Below are positions 25,479 to 39,256 of a DNA stretch of 64,000 bases, in pieces; within the stretch, counting starts at the first letter, position 1; every line of letters begins with the position of its first letter. The translations under genes were made by a program, and so were the position numbers. Source of the DNA: Eledone cirrhosa (lineage: Eukaryota); assembly GCA_964016885.1 (NCBI GenBank), contig OZ024741.1:345464001-345528000 (forward strand). The letters run 5' to 3'. Below the pieces are notes generated by a model that saw nothing but the letters and a program-made list of their open reading frames with translations, was not told where the DNA came from and made no database searches.

Positions 25479-25912
25479 CATGCACACACACATATATATA
25501 TACAGTGGTTATGTCTTGGAAGCCGCTACAAGGCATGTGGGGTTGTAAATATTGAGATAACAAAAGCGGATGACAAAAATAATAGAAGTCCGGTTGAGTG
25601 GAAGTCATAACTCCAACACGAGCCTCACAGGCCTAGAAAGCTCCTCTCATATATTCTCTGAGGTTCCCAACGGTTCCATTGATAATAGTTTGGCAACCGA
25701 AATATATTAGGACAAATAAATATTATGAAACTTTCTTGTCTTTCTTCCTCCTTTCTCTCACTCATTCCCTATTTAATTTTATTACCTCAATATTTACAAC
25801 CCCGCCTACACTGTAGCGGCATCCAAGGTACGCACACAATCACAGAGTATTAGTAGTATATAGATAGATACATACCCCCCCCCCCCCCTCCTCCTCCCCC
25901 CCCCCTTCCTCC

Positions 25913-25989
<77 letters not shown>

Positions 25990-26245
25990 CTTCTTCTTCT
26001 TCTTCTTCTTCTTCTTCTTCTTCTTCTTCTTCTTCTTCTTCTTCGCCCAGATATTCCTGAGAGAGTTGTGGGAGAAGAAACCTTTAAACAATCCTTCCAA
26101 TGGGTCCTGTCAGAAGCAACTGTCTCCAACTGATCTGGTTGGATCACCAAACAAGACCACACGAACTCATGGATATTATCCAACCATTATGTTCCGTGTC
26201 TATCCCTGGGTCTCCTGCCGGTAGATTTTGCCCGTAAATTTACTT
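25913..26245 (-). mobile_element. RTE LINE 3' end with (GAA)n(CAA)n tail
   Basis: DNIHEFVWSCLVIQPDQLETVASDRTHWKDCL, homologous to the 47447 region. Confidence 0.75.
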
Positions 26246-26705
26246 TCTCTATATATACGAATACCTCATATACTCGAATAGGGCCGATTTATATTCGAGT
26301 CTGCTTTTATTCATGTATATACGGTATTTCTTTCTTTACATTCATTATTTTTCTCCCAACTGACTCTCTTTTTCACGTCCTCCCCTTTCAATCAATCATA
26401 AATTATTAAAAAGAAATATTATTACCTTATTAAAAAAAAAGTTTTTACTTGTCTATTTATAAGTTTAAATTAGCTTTTCAAATTCTTTTCTCGTGGCGTT
26501 TGCTTTTGTAAATACATACATATATGTTCATGTGTGTGTATATATATATGTAAGGCTTTTGAGCATGTATATGCTTCGACGCACATATATTACACGTGTA
26601 TGTGTGCATACATGCGCATCACTATGTGAATGAGTATATCGCTGTACGTACAAAATTAGATATGAAATAAGTAGATGTGTGTATGTGTGTGTAAGCTAGT
26701 GTTCA

Positions 26706-26801
<96 letters not shown>

Positions 26802-27630
26802 CATATACATATATATATATATATATATGTTTTGTGTGTGTGTATATGTGTGTGTGTGTACGTGTGCACAACCTCCCCCTTTTATATATGGTAGAGCGTA
26901 TGTTTATTTGTTAGTCACATGAGCTTGTGTGTATACGTGTAAATGCGTTTATTTATAAACACATGACACGTGTGCGCGCGCATATGTCTATTTTATTATC
27001 TATATCCCTATTTATGTGTTTGTTTGTGAAAGCATTTGTGTTAGGGTGAATGTGTATGTGTGTGCGTCTGTATGCATATGTGTGTGTATGTATGCGTTAT
27101 TGGGTGTATGTATGTACGGAAATACTTTATGTGTATAAACACAGACACGTGTACATATTGCTATGCCACCACTCATCAATCGACTGTATTTGTGATTTTT
27201 CAAATTTATGTATTGTCATCACGTCATGTAAGAATATTTCGTCGATTTTTATGCCAAAAATATAAATACGCTTCCTAGAAAATATCAACTGTAGTTTGAA
27301 AAGTTGAATCATGGAAGTAATTCTCCTGAGTATCCCTGTCAACAACATTTCCTTCACAAGGCATTAGTGATATCCACGTTTTAGTAGAAGGCACTTGCTC
27401 CTAGCTACCATACAGTGCTATTGAGCCGGAAACCCAGAGATTACGAAGCGAAATCCTTAACCACACAGCCATGGCAGCGCTTACAGAGAGAGAGAGACAC
27501 ACAGTGTAGGTGGTTCAGTAAATGACTGTGTTGGTACCAAAGCAAGCACTCTATGCACAGGAAGAGTGTATATATTAGAAAAGCACGAGGAAGTTTCGTT
27601 TACATATAAAATATATTTATTATGTATTGA

Positions 27631-27710
27631 CCTGTTACGCACGTTTCGTAGAGGATTGGCTCAAGGTCACCCATAGGAGTTTTGGACCCGACTCCACTAT
27701 CGATCTGTTC
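27631..27710 (-). ncRNA. Degenerate hammerhead with long stem II region
   Basis: CCAGT-CTGAAGA-(~60 nt)-GAAA-CGTGCG-TA-ACAGG. Confidence 0.5.
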
Positions 27711-28295
27711 TTCAGACTGGCTATGTGACAAAAAAAAAAAAATATTTTTGTTGTGATATATAAATATACTTTGTTTAGCAAGATATCTTATCTGAAAACG
27801 TTTGTTGAAACAGATAGTTTTTCTTTGGGAGAGTCATGTTGGCAATAAAAACACACGCACGTGTTGTTTCACTTCAAGTTATTACAATATCCAGTTGGTT
27901 GGTTCAATAACCAGATGGTTGTTTACATATTGTGAAAGCTCTTTCGTCACACATTCTGTGACCTCCTCATTGACTGATTTGTTGATTTGTTATTTTGTAT
28001 ATTTCCTTTGCTCTGTTTTACATCATCTTGTTTTTGTGTGTTGTGAATATAAGCTGAATAAGGATAACATTATTCTCCTTGAATTATTTTCCCTGAATTA
28101 GGAAAAAAAAACAAATTTAATTTAGACATAGGATTATCTCCCATGTAACGAACAAGATTTCATGCACATAGCGCATACCATTTTTGTATTATAGTTGCCC
28201 GAAGTAAAATCACGCATGTGACATAGCAACCGCTCAATCTAAGCCTCATGTGGGTTGAAAATCAATGGCAGCTACATAAACGTTTTGAAGATAAC

Positions 28296-28810
<515 letters not shown>

Positions 28811-29178
28811 TGGGATGGACACACGCGTGAAACTTGCTGAGTAAGTTCTGTTTAAATTTCTATAGGAATTCCTGTCTGTAAACTTTTAATTTTGTACCAT
28901 TTTGTAGAGGGACTGCCAGGTCAAATTTTGATCTGGTCAGTCTCTCAAAATATTCTACACCTTTAGGCGAAATAGTTACACAAAAAGTTTTTTTTTGTTG
29001 AAAAGTTAACATTTTTTTAAATGGCTGAAGCTTCTTCACCAAAATTCGAAGGAGGAAAGGGGAAGATAAGCTTACAGCTTCCCCCTGCCATGCCACTGTC
29101 ACAGTAGCAGAGGTTAAAGACAAAGGTCAGCCAGAGGAAGGATTTTCTCCACCTGCTGACCGACAACTTGACGTTGCC

Positions 29179-30246
29179 ATGGCAACAAACCAAAGAACCA
29201 GCGGCACCAGCAACAAAAACAACAACAATACTACGGACGAAAACAACACCAATAACAATAACAACAACAACAAGACCAATAACTGTGATAACAACAACAC
29301 CACCAACTACAACAGCAACACAAACAAGGAAAAGGTCTCCTTCGCCCAGACGGCAAGGAAAACCCTCGACTATCTGCCAGTAGATATAACCAAAGCGAAG
29401 GAGCTACTGGCAGATGCCAAAAAATATATAGTGTACGGGGAAAATGGTGCATTTTCGATCCACTCCCCCCCGGAACTAAAAAGCCAGAGACTCCTAAACA
29501 CTGTCATGTTTAGGACAATCTCAAATAAAAGCAAAAAACCAGCTCAACCATCATAGAGTGAGATAGAGCTGGTTTTAAAAGACGTCATGAAGGACATCAC
29601 CTTCATTCAGAAGGATAGACTCTACGGGAGTCTATCCATTCTCATGAAGGACAGGGACACAGCAGTGAAACTGTCCATCAAACCAATTACATCCACCGCA
29701 TACACCTTCTACCCTACGTACATGGGTAGAAGGACACAAAAAATAAAAATCCACACCATCCTGCCGATTATGGACATATGGTGGGTTTTGACAGGTTTCC
29801 TGAACCTGGATGATGACACGCTGGTGTCCATGGGAAAGGCATCGGGTGACGCGTTCAGTGGAACGAGCCTCGAACTAGTAGTTCAAATGAGGCCCGAAAG
29901 GATCGCCCAGATCCCTGAACGCGTCATACTGGATGATCAAACTTTCATCAACATTACCGTTGAGGGTAGGCGGCCTTCGTGTTACCTCTGTGGAACCAGA
30001 GGTCACCTGAGGGCTGTCTGTCCCCAACTTAATAAGAAAACCCCAATCCTGCCTACACCACCAACAACTGCACAACCAACACAATCACCACAACCACCAC
30101 TACAAAAACAACAACCACAGCTCAAACCAAAACAAAACAATGTTCAACCCATCCCCCCCCCCCCACTAAAAAAAAACAATTCCCAAAACACCCGCACCGC
30201 AAACACAACCCGAAAATATACCCCTCCCCCCCAAAGCGGAAGATGA
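29179..30246 (+). pseudogene. LINE ORF1 (gag-like, zinc knuckle), with in-frame stop at ~29554
   Basis: VSFAQTAR; ITVEGRRPSCYLCGTRGHLRAVCP; proline-rich tail. Confidence 0.8.
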
Positions 30247-30829
30247 CCCTCGTTCGTCGTCAGACGAGGAGGAGCACTTCCACACAATCAAAAGAAAAAA
30301 AAGAAAACACACCTCAGACACACAAATGAAAACAACCCCTCCCCAAAACATAACACTGACACCAACACAAAAGAGCACACAACAACAGCAAACAAAAAAC
30401 ACCACACAAAAATAAAAACATGCATACACATACATAAACACAAAAAACAAAAAAAACTGTTAAACATTGTGTACAACAACAATTTAATAAAAATCCAAGG
30501 GCCTAACTTCACCCAGGCAGGGGATTTCCCCCACCTCAAAATGATTAAGGCCCCAAAGGACACTTATAAAACTCTAAAAGACAACTTTAAGGAGGACGTG
30601 GGCCCCCCCCTGCGTCGGGCCCATTAACCGCGTCCTCCTAAAAAACTACCCCACCCCCTCTCCAAACACCCACACAACTCCAAACACCCCAACCACACAA
30701 CACACTGATGCCCCTACACTTCCACAAACCACCACCCAACCCAACAACCCATCCCCCACCCTCATGGAAATTGTGCAGCCCGATACCCGGGACGCAGAGA
30801 GGTAAGTGCCTTTTCTCTTCACCACCAAC

Positions 30830-32736
30830 ATGGCTATGCTAAGAGTAGGCTGTTTAAATGCGCGTGGCCTGGGCTCAACTTGGAAGTAAGCAATGCTTCT
30901 AAATGACCTCAGGTCACAACGTATAGATGTGATGGTTATTTGCGAGGCCTGGATCAGCAACGTGCGACAACTGGCCCCCACCTTTGATGACTTTGAGATG
31001 CACGCATCTCTCTGTCAGCCCGGAGGTGGGGGTGGGGTTGTCGTTCTGCTGCAAAAACATCTGGGTCTCGCAACACAGACGGTACATTTGGACCCGGAGG
31101 GTCGACTAGTGGTCCTGGACCTTGGCAGTGGTGAAGGCGGAGCGTTTAGGTTGGTAGCCGCCTACGGCCCTTTCGGGTCAATGCGGCCGGACTTCTTCCA
31201 TCGTCTGGAGACTTTTCTAGGGACGTCCCGCTCCTTGCTATTAGTGGGGGACTGGAATGGTATCCTAGATGCACGCTGGGACTACGTAGGGGCCTGTCCC
31301 GATAGAGAGGGGTGTAATAGCCTCAAAGGGTTAATCGGTCGATTTGACCTGGCCGATAGATATCGACTAGATTTTCCGACTGCGCCAACCTGGACTTGGG
31401 CAAATCGTAGCGAATCATCTAGGTCGTACTTAGATAGGTTCTTAGTTAGAAATAAGGATAAGGACTTTTTAAGTTGTCCAAAAATGAGCATGGTTGGCTA
31501 TTCAGACCACAAGTTAGTGAGCTGCATGGTCAACCTTGACAGAACGCATAGACAGGGACCCGGTTACTGGAAGCTCAACTTGTCCTTACCGGCAAGTAAG
31601 GCTTACAGGAACCGGATTAGCACTTTAGTTAAGGAGCGGTTGACGGGCGCCATCGTCAACAGCAGGTGGTGGGGATCTCTCAAAAGAGAGATTAGAGTAG
31701 TCTCTATAGAATTTAGTAAGGAGTTAGCCTCAAATAGAAATAGGAAGGAAAGGGAGCTGGTAGATAGTGTAGAAGAGGCAATTAGAAGCGGCGACGTGGC
31801 CAGAGTGCTAGCGTCGAGAACGGCCCTGGGCCAGTTCTTCGACGCGAAACACGAAGCCTGCATCGTCCGAAGCAAAATACGTGCTCTGGAAAACGAGGGG
31901 ACCAAAGCTGTTAGCTGTTAGTCCCGTGTGACAGAAGCCAAAAGAGAGAGCAGATCCACTATCCGGTCTTTGCGAGACCAGGATGGACAGGTGATCCTTG
32001 AACCTAAGCAGATCTGGGAGGCTTTTCAAAAGCACTTTGCCGGATTGTTCGGAAGAGGCGGGGAGCCGGTTGGGGATGGGGACTTCGGTCCATACCTCGA
32101 CGGCCTGCCGTGTCTCTCGGACAGGGAGTTGAAGTCCTGCGAGGAGCTGATTTCAGCCGCTGAGATAGAGGACGTGCTAAGCCAATGCGGCAAACGAAAA
32201 TCTCCGGGTGTCGATGGTCTTCCATACGAACTTTATCTAGCTATGTCGGACTTGTTCCCCGATCTCCTCGAGGCGGTCTACTGCAACTGGCAACAGAACG
32301 GGAGAATTCCCTGTGCTGTGACCAAGGGCATAGTCACGCTAGTGAGGAAGGACGAGAACAAGGGGGACGATATAAATAATTTCAGGCCCATAACTCTGCT
32401 AAATACAGAGTTACAGATTTTGGCCAAGGTGCTAGCAAAGAGGTTGGCGCTTGTCGTGGGAAACCTGGTAGGAGATGCGCAGACATGTGCTATCCCGTCC
32501 AGGTCCATCCACGACAACCTCCACCTCATGCGATACATCATAGAGAGGGTTGGGAACGAACCCGGCTTTGGTGGGGCCCTGATCAACTTGGATCAATCTA
32601 AGGCGTTCGATAGGGTCGACCATGGTTACCTGGATGTGGTGCTAGCGGCGGCAGGCTTCGGACCTGTTTTCAGGGGCTCGATCAATGCCATGCAGCCGAA
32701 TCTGCTCTAGGGTCAAGGTGAACGGCTACTTCTCTA
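30830..32736 (+). pseudogene. LINE ORF2: APE endonuclease plus partial reverse transcriptase
   Basis: LRVGCLNARGL, LVGDWN, SYLDRFLV, SDHKLV, GPGYWKLN, KSPGVDGLPYE, FRPITLLN, LDQSKAFDRVDH; stops at ~30887 and ~31919. Confidence 0.92.
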
Positions 32737-32737
32737 C

Positions 32738-33575
32738 TTGCTGTTGAAGGGGGCAAGCTTCAGGATTACGGCAAGAGCACCCTGGAGCAACACTCCACCA
32801 GGGTGCTCTTGCCGTAATCCTGAAGCTTGCCCCCTTCAACAGCAATGCAACACACCAGCTGTAATCTATGAAGCTGTGGTCACTTCCAACCGACCAAACG
32901 AACCACAGGAGGTCAAATCCTGTGTGGGCAAGGCGGAGGGCCGATTCAAGGAGCGTTTCCTGAACCACCAGTCTACCTTCAGATACCCGGACAGACGTTC
33001 ATCCACGAAACTCGCGAGCCATCTATGGTCCCTCAAGGACTCAAGTATAGGCTACTCCATTCAATGGAAAGCCATCACTAAGTCCAAGCCATACGCAAGG
33101 GGAAATCCGACGTGTGGCTTATGTATCGACGAACGAATAGCTATCCTAAAGAGATAACGCAATAGTGATTGCCTAAACAGGAGAAGTGAATTTTTCACAC
33201 GTTGTCCACACGTCACAAAACATCTATTGCATAACTACAAGGCTCCGGACTGATTCTTTGTAATTTAATTTTTAATTTTTTTAAATTTTATTTTCAACCT
33301 AAAAACTTTCCGGACTTTCGCAGTTATCTCCCTTACACCTCCCGCACGCAGTCTAGTATTGCCTGTGTGAAGTGACCGAGTTTCTGCGCATGCGCGTTCG
33401 TACGGTTGTCCTTCCTGTTCCTATAAACATACACATCCCGAACTGAAGATCCGCGAAGGTGAAATAATTGTTCTCGGTATGATGAACTAACTGTTGTGTA
33501 ACCACTTCTACTTAACTCGTCCCTTGGACTGAGTGCTCTACCACTACGGATATTACCTTCCAGTGTTCCACCACT
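32738..33575 (+). mobile_element. Naiad-type PLE 3' fragment (GIY-YIG plus pLTR) with 48-bp 5' fold-back
   Basis: GCSCRNPEACPLQQQC...VIYEA...VGKAEGRFKERFLNH...LWSLKD...W...CGLCIDE...LNRRSE...CPH; palindrome 32738-32845; ends in TATATA. Confidence 0.88.
33434..33484 (+). ncRNA. Degenerate hammerhead in the PLE pLTR
   Basis: CATC-CCGAA-CTGAAGA-TCC GCGAA GGT-GAAA-TAAT-TG-TTC..CGG..GATG; G at the cleavage position; TATAAA about 20 nt upstream. Confidence 0.5.
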
Positions 33576-33581
33576 ATATAT

Positions 33582-33739
33582 ATGGACACACTAGAAGAGG
33601 AAGATCAAGGTTAACGTATGTTGATGCCCTAAGGACAGACACTGGTCTGTTGGAGACGCAGGACATGGCAGCGATAATGAGGGACAGAGACCCCGCTGGA
33701 GAGAACTCGTCCATGGATCTCGGGAATTTTACCCGCCTT

Positions 33740-33740
<1 letters not shown>
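33582..33740 (+). mobile_element. RTE/RTEX-like LINE 3' end fragment
   Basis: GHTRRGRSRLTYVDALRTDTGLLETQDMAAIMRDRD. Confidence 0.6.
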
Positions 33741-33809
<69 letters not shown>

Positions 33810-33854
33810 AATGTTATATATATATGTTATATATATATATATGTTATATATATA

Positions 33855-34640
33855 TATCTAATGTTTCTTCTTTCTCTATAATGTATTATATAGCTCTGAT
33901 ACTGAATCAATCTAATCCATTCGGATTATTTTGTCCCAGTTATTCATAGAGCAACAACGGTTGAGGTTGGCACCACAAATTCAGGGATATATGTGGATAT
34001 ATTCATGTATATGTATGTGTTCGCATGTATCTGTGTATTTCTTTATATTGTTTATAACTCCCTATGGTAGAGTAACCATTGAAGTGTAGTGACTGCTGGA
34101 TAGCTATCATTACTCAAACTTCTCGCCATCCTAGCCATCTCTTCTACGGCTTTGATATAAATACTCCCTCCGCCTTTGTGGTATTTTTTTCTTGGTTGTA
34201 AGAGGCTCAGCTCTGTTTCTTGACCGCTGTATTACGTGATTGACTCCCCCTCCGCCTTTCGGGATTCTATCTCGCGTCGTACGGATGTGTTTTGAAACTC
34301 TAAATGAGGTATCCTCTTGATAAGTCGGCAAACCTCACAAAAATACTGTATCTCTGTGATGTAGTGTTTTTGCATAATATGCCACGAAACTACGTAGTCG
34401 AGGAGTAATAAGAAATTTGGGTATGGTATATCTTATTAATTATATCTAATGTTTCTTCTTTCTTTATAATGTATTATATATCTCTGATACTGAATCAATC
34501 TAATCCATTCGGATTATTTTGTCCCAGTTTTTCATAGAGCAACAACGGTTGAGGTTGGCACCACACAAATTCAGGGATATATGTGGATATATTCATGTAT
34601 ATGTATGTGTTCGCATGTATCTGTGTATTTCTTTATATTG
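33855..34640 (+). repeat. Partial tandem (period ~588 bp; ~195-bp direct repeat) with a degenerate hammerhead at 34351-34404
   Basis: 33855-34050 is repeated at 34443-34640; CTG-TGA...GAAA-CTACGTAG-TC lies just before the second copy. Confidence 0.7.
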
Positions 34641-34661
34641 TATATATATATATATATATAT

Positions 34662-34860
34662 ATAGGAACAAGTAGGACCCCGACGGCTGAGCTCAAGCCG
34701 TTTCGACGGCTAATTCTGGACTCCAGAATTAGCCGTCGAAACGGCTTGAGCTCAGCCGTCGGGATCCTACTTGTTCCTATTACCCACTCTACTACCCTAA
34801 GTATTGAGTACTTTGGTGCGTTATGGTCCATTTGGTTCCTTACCACATTTCCTTCGTTAT
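34662..34860 (+). mobile_element. Fold-back (58-bp arms) of a hammerhead 3' half plus tail, in (TA)n; same family as 55975-56145
   Basis: Near-perfect palindrome 34662-34780; GAAA-CGGCT..AGCCG-TC corresponds to stem III. Confidence 0.75.
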
Positions 34861-35041
34861 ATATATATATATAAATATTAATTCAGCGACAATCGCATTT
34901 CGGCGGGTAGAAAAGGCGAACGTAACGCAAATTCCGAGTCATGCTGGCAAGCGCTCCATAGTCTAAAAGACTAGAACAATAAACATGTTATAAAGGCCAT
35001 ACAAACTGAGAAGGTGGTCAAGAAGCTATATACCACCTAAG

Positions 35042-35112
<71 letters not shown>

Positions 35113-35188
35113 ATGAGCAGAACAAACAAACATTAAACAATCCTTTAAATAAATTAAAAAATAATTTAAATATCTACCTCTTCATAAT

Positions 35189-35267
35189 GCTATTACCGGC
35201 GGTTTCCATCCACAAAAGATTGGAAATTCAGAGAATTTCCAACGGAAAGTAGATTTCATCAGATAGC
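35189..35267 (-). ncRNA. Type I hammerhead ribozyme with extended stem II
   Basis: GCTAT-CTGATGA-(ATCTAC..TTGGAAATT/AATTTCCAA..GTGGAT)-GAAA-CCGCCGG-TA-ATAGC. Confidence 0.88.
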
Positions 35268-35602
35268 TATTTCCTTTCTATAGGACATACGTCCCATGGT
35301 CCGCAAATATAATGCCAACTACCAGCTCGTATGAGTTATAGCCGTTAAAGTGACCCACACGTGACCTGGCCGCTAGAGCAAGCGGGAATATTACAGACTT
35401 GTTGATGGCTTGGCTGCTAAAAAAATAGCAGTAAGCAACAACGAATTTTTTTCTCTACATAGATTGGAGAATGTATAAAAATGAGGTAAATATCTCACTG
35501 AGTACTAAGTACACATTGAGATATATAGGGTGTCTATAATATAATTGTTGTTCTATGATATATATATATATATGTGTGTATATATATATAAATATATATA
35601 TA

Positions 35603-35900
<298 letters not shown>

Positions 35901-36094
35901 GTGTGCGTGCGTGTGCGTGTGTAGAAATATCCGTAAGTGTGAAAAGGAAAAAGGAAAAGAGTTCCCAATCAGGAAGAGAGCAGAAATATTATATTATTTA
36001 TTTATGTTCAGATACACGGAACAAAGGGACTACCCAAGGTTCCAAGGCCAAATTTGACCGTACCTCCACAAAACATGAGGCATCACATTAATTA

Positions 36095-36207
36095 TTTCTT
36101 CTTTTGGAACAAGGCCGACAATTATCCCAGTGCATTACTGGTACTTTATTTTATCGACCTCGTAAGGATCAAAGGCAAAGTTAACCTCGACGGGATTTGA
36201 ACTCAGA
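36095..36207 (-). mobile_element. tRNA-SINE family A fragment flanked by the direct repeat ACATGAGGCATCACATTAAT
   Basis: Consensus match; the 20-bp repeat is at ~36073 and ~36207. Confidence 0.75.
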
Positions 36208-36724
36208 CATGAGGCATCACATTAATGACATTTCTTCAGGCGCTTATACGAATTTATAAGATACCGTTAAAAGTAAATTTTGCTAAGAACGCGTATTTAC
36301 GAAAAAACCTAATATAACAAAGGGAAATAACTCCAAGATGTAAATTTGAATTTTGAGATCGACCACATGTTGAATTATTGTTCTATGTGGTGGAATGTGA
36401 TATACAGATGGTATTATTTATTAAGGATGAGGTAGAATAGTATAGGAAGTGTATTATGTAAGTGTGGAAAGAGAAAGAAAAGATATATCGGAAGTGTATA
36501 AATCAAATGAAAGCGGTTGAAAATCAGTGGAATTTGTTGAATATTTACAAATTTGTGATGGAGGCATCCTCTAAAAATGTCGCTTTTTGAGTTCAAGTAA
36601 ATATTGTTCGGGATGGCAAACACTGCAATACCGCAAACTTCTCACTCAGACAATTTATGACATTTCTTCGTATCGTTGATGTAAGGACTAGATTTTTCAG
36701 GTATTTTCCAAGATATCTGTGGGA

Positions 36725-37555
36725 CACATTTCTCCTTTCATTGCCAGTCTTTTTTTGCCAGGGCTGTACAGGTTATCATGTCCGGATTCCTGAAGGTGTG
36801 TAGATGCGTGTAAAAACCTTGTTTAAAACGATCTTGCATCATACTGACGTATCTTTCACTAATTTCAGAATTTTCTGTGTTATTGTGTATAATCACTGCC
36901 ATTTCCAACCACATCATATACATAATAAAATATTCAACCGTAATACCGTCACGATATCCTATTCATTTGGACCGTCTATGAGATGAAAAATTATTGCAAA
37001 AAATATACCCGGCGATAATCCAAGCTGATCTTGTAGTAAAGAGAACCGTCCTCTCCAGCACAATTTTAATATTGTAATATCAAATCTGTTGTATATGAGG
37101 CAGAGATTATACACAATAACACAGTTAGCGAAAGACATATTGGTATGGTGCAAGATCGTTTTAAACAAGGTTTTTACACGCATCTCTACTTCATCAGGTA
37201 TCCTGATATGAGAACCAGTACAGCCCTGGCGAAAGAAGTCTGGCAATTAAAGGAGAAAGGGAATGGTCCAGACCGGATTAACTGAATTTATTTTCTTTTA
37301 CTTTTCAACTTAACCCTTGGGCTTCCTGTGCAACACAAGTTGCCTACCTTACTTTTTTTAATAGTTACCTCTCTTTTCACTTACATTATTGAAAGGATTT
37401 GTCTATCTATAGTGATTACCTACCCCTAAAACTCTCATATATTTTCTAAAACCCCCATCATAGGGGAAGCTATTTTAATTTATATGACAGACTGAATAAG
37501 TTAGGGGTGAATAACAACGAAACTTAGGTACCTGTACATGTCACGGTTGTAACTA
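36725..37555. mobile_element. Old decayed Naiad-type PLE with inverted GIY-YIG arms and a degenerate hammerhead (~37487-37535)
   Basis: HNKIFNRNTVTISYS; QDRFKQGFYTH..F..PD..T.TALAK..WQLK on both strands (36740-36900 minus, 37110-37255 plus). Confidence 0.7.
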
Positions 37556-37611
37556 ATTATATATATATATATATATATAAATAAATATAAATAAATATAT
37601 CTATATATATC

Positions 37612-37646
<35 letters not shown>

Positions 37647-37701
37647 TATATATATATATTATATATATATATAATGTATAATAAACAATACAATATAATT
37701 A

Positions 37702-37771
37702 CCTCATTACCAGAGGTTTCCCGAATAAGACGAATACGAAAGAAACGTCCTCATTCGTTCGTCGGACAAGG
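37702..37771 (-). ncRNA. Type I hammerhead (CCGACGA core)
   Basis: CCTTGT-CCGACGA-(CGAATGAG GACG..CGTC TTATTCG)-GAAA-CCTCTGG-TA-ATGAGG. Confidence 0.72.
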
Positions 37772-38270
37772 CAATATAAAACATAGTGAAATATTTGGAA
37801 AGTCTCCTCAAGAAATGCAAAAAAAAAATAATATATATAAATAAAGGTAATGCAATAGACATATAAAATATATAAAAAAATATAAGGAAATATAGTTAGG
37901 TGTGTGTATATGTATATATATACACTCACAAATGTACATATGTATGTATGTACAAATGCGTGTGTATGGTGAAAATGTGTGCGTAAGTACATATATGAAG
38001 GCAAGTATATTTGTGTATATGTAACCACAAATACGGATATAATCTAGTTGACACGAATCCAGAGGCAGGTATTAGATACACATATGAGTATGAAAGCACG
38101 CGTATAAACACACACACACGCGCGATCACTTATATGCGGAAGATAAAGGGGGAAGGGAGTGTAATAGTTAAAAGAAAGTGTCATTCTCGATATATGTATA
38201 AAAATTAAACAATATGTGAGAAATAAAAAATATTTAAATGAAAGAGAAAGTAGTCAATTAACACTAGGGA

Positions 38271-38355
38271 AAAGAAAAGAAAAGAAAAGAAAAGAAAAGA
38301 AAAGAAAAGAAAAGAAAAGAAAAGAAAAGAAAAGAAAAGAAAAGAAAAGAAAAGA
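38271..38355. repeat. (AAAAG)n microsatellite
   Basis: Direct inspection. Confidence 0.95.
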
Positions 38356-38532
38356 AGATACACGCGTACATACACATATATCTATAAAAAACATATATCT
38401 ATAAGAAAATATATATATACACGCAATACGTACAGACAAAAGCGTATGCATGCGTACATACTTACACAGGATGCACGCATACATATACATACATATCGTC
38501 CCATGTATATCTAATCACACGTACGTACGCGA

Positions 38533-38575
<43 letters not shown>

Positions 38576-39074
38576 TACACATCCATACATACAATACATA
38601 TATACACACATACGCACAAACATATTCACGTACATTGACCCGCTTACACGCACACACATAAAAATAAGAATGTAAAAAACATAGATATAAAAACACAGAT
38701 ATAAAAACACACATACATACACATATATATACACGCACGCACACGCGCATACGGAGGCGTTCGTGTACATATACAGAACGTATACACACATAAAGACGCT
38801 CAGACACATAGATACAGCCTTATGAATAAATGAGTACAAATATAAAAATATAAAATTGGCTGCGAAATAACAGAAAATATCTGGAGTGGAAAACGCAAGT
38901 GACCTGTGTAATCAGGTAGTAAAGAAAATAGGGAAGTAAAAAGTGGAAAGTGAAGATATTAGGTAAGGGAATCGAAGGATAAAAAAGGGGGGGGGGTTTA
39001 CTGGTGGATGTGAAGTAAAAATATATATATATATATATTATATATATATATAAATATGTATATACACATATATG

Positions 39075-39151
<77 letters not shown>

Positions 39152-39192
39152 GATATTAAATAAATGGAAACTATATTTATAAAACCATATTT

Positions 39193-39256
39193 ATTTCATT
39201 ATATATATTTCAGGGATATCATATTAACAATATGTTATGCCTTCTTCAGACAAAAT
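39193..39256 (-). ncRNA. Type I hammerhead (left arm)
   Basis: Reverse complement of 40196-40259. Confidence 0.85.

Larger units (their letters stand above)
28811..32736 (+). mobile_element. L1/Tx1-clade LINE, apparently 5'-intact, 3'-truncated at a PLE junction
   Basis: 5' UTR, ORF1 with CCHC, ORF2 with APE and RT N-half; ends at ...VKVNGYFS. Confidence 0.9.
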
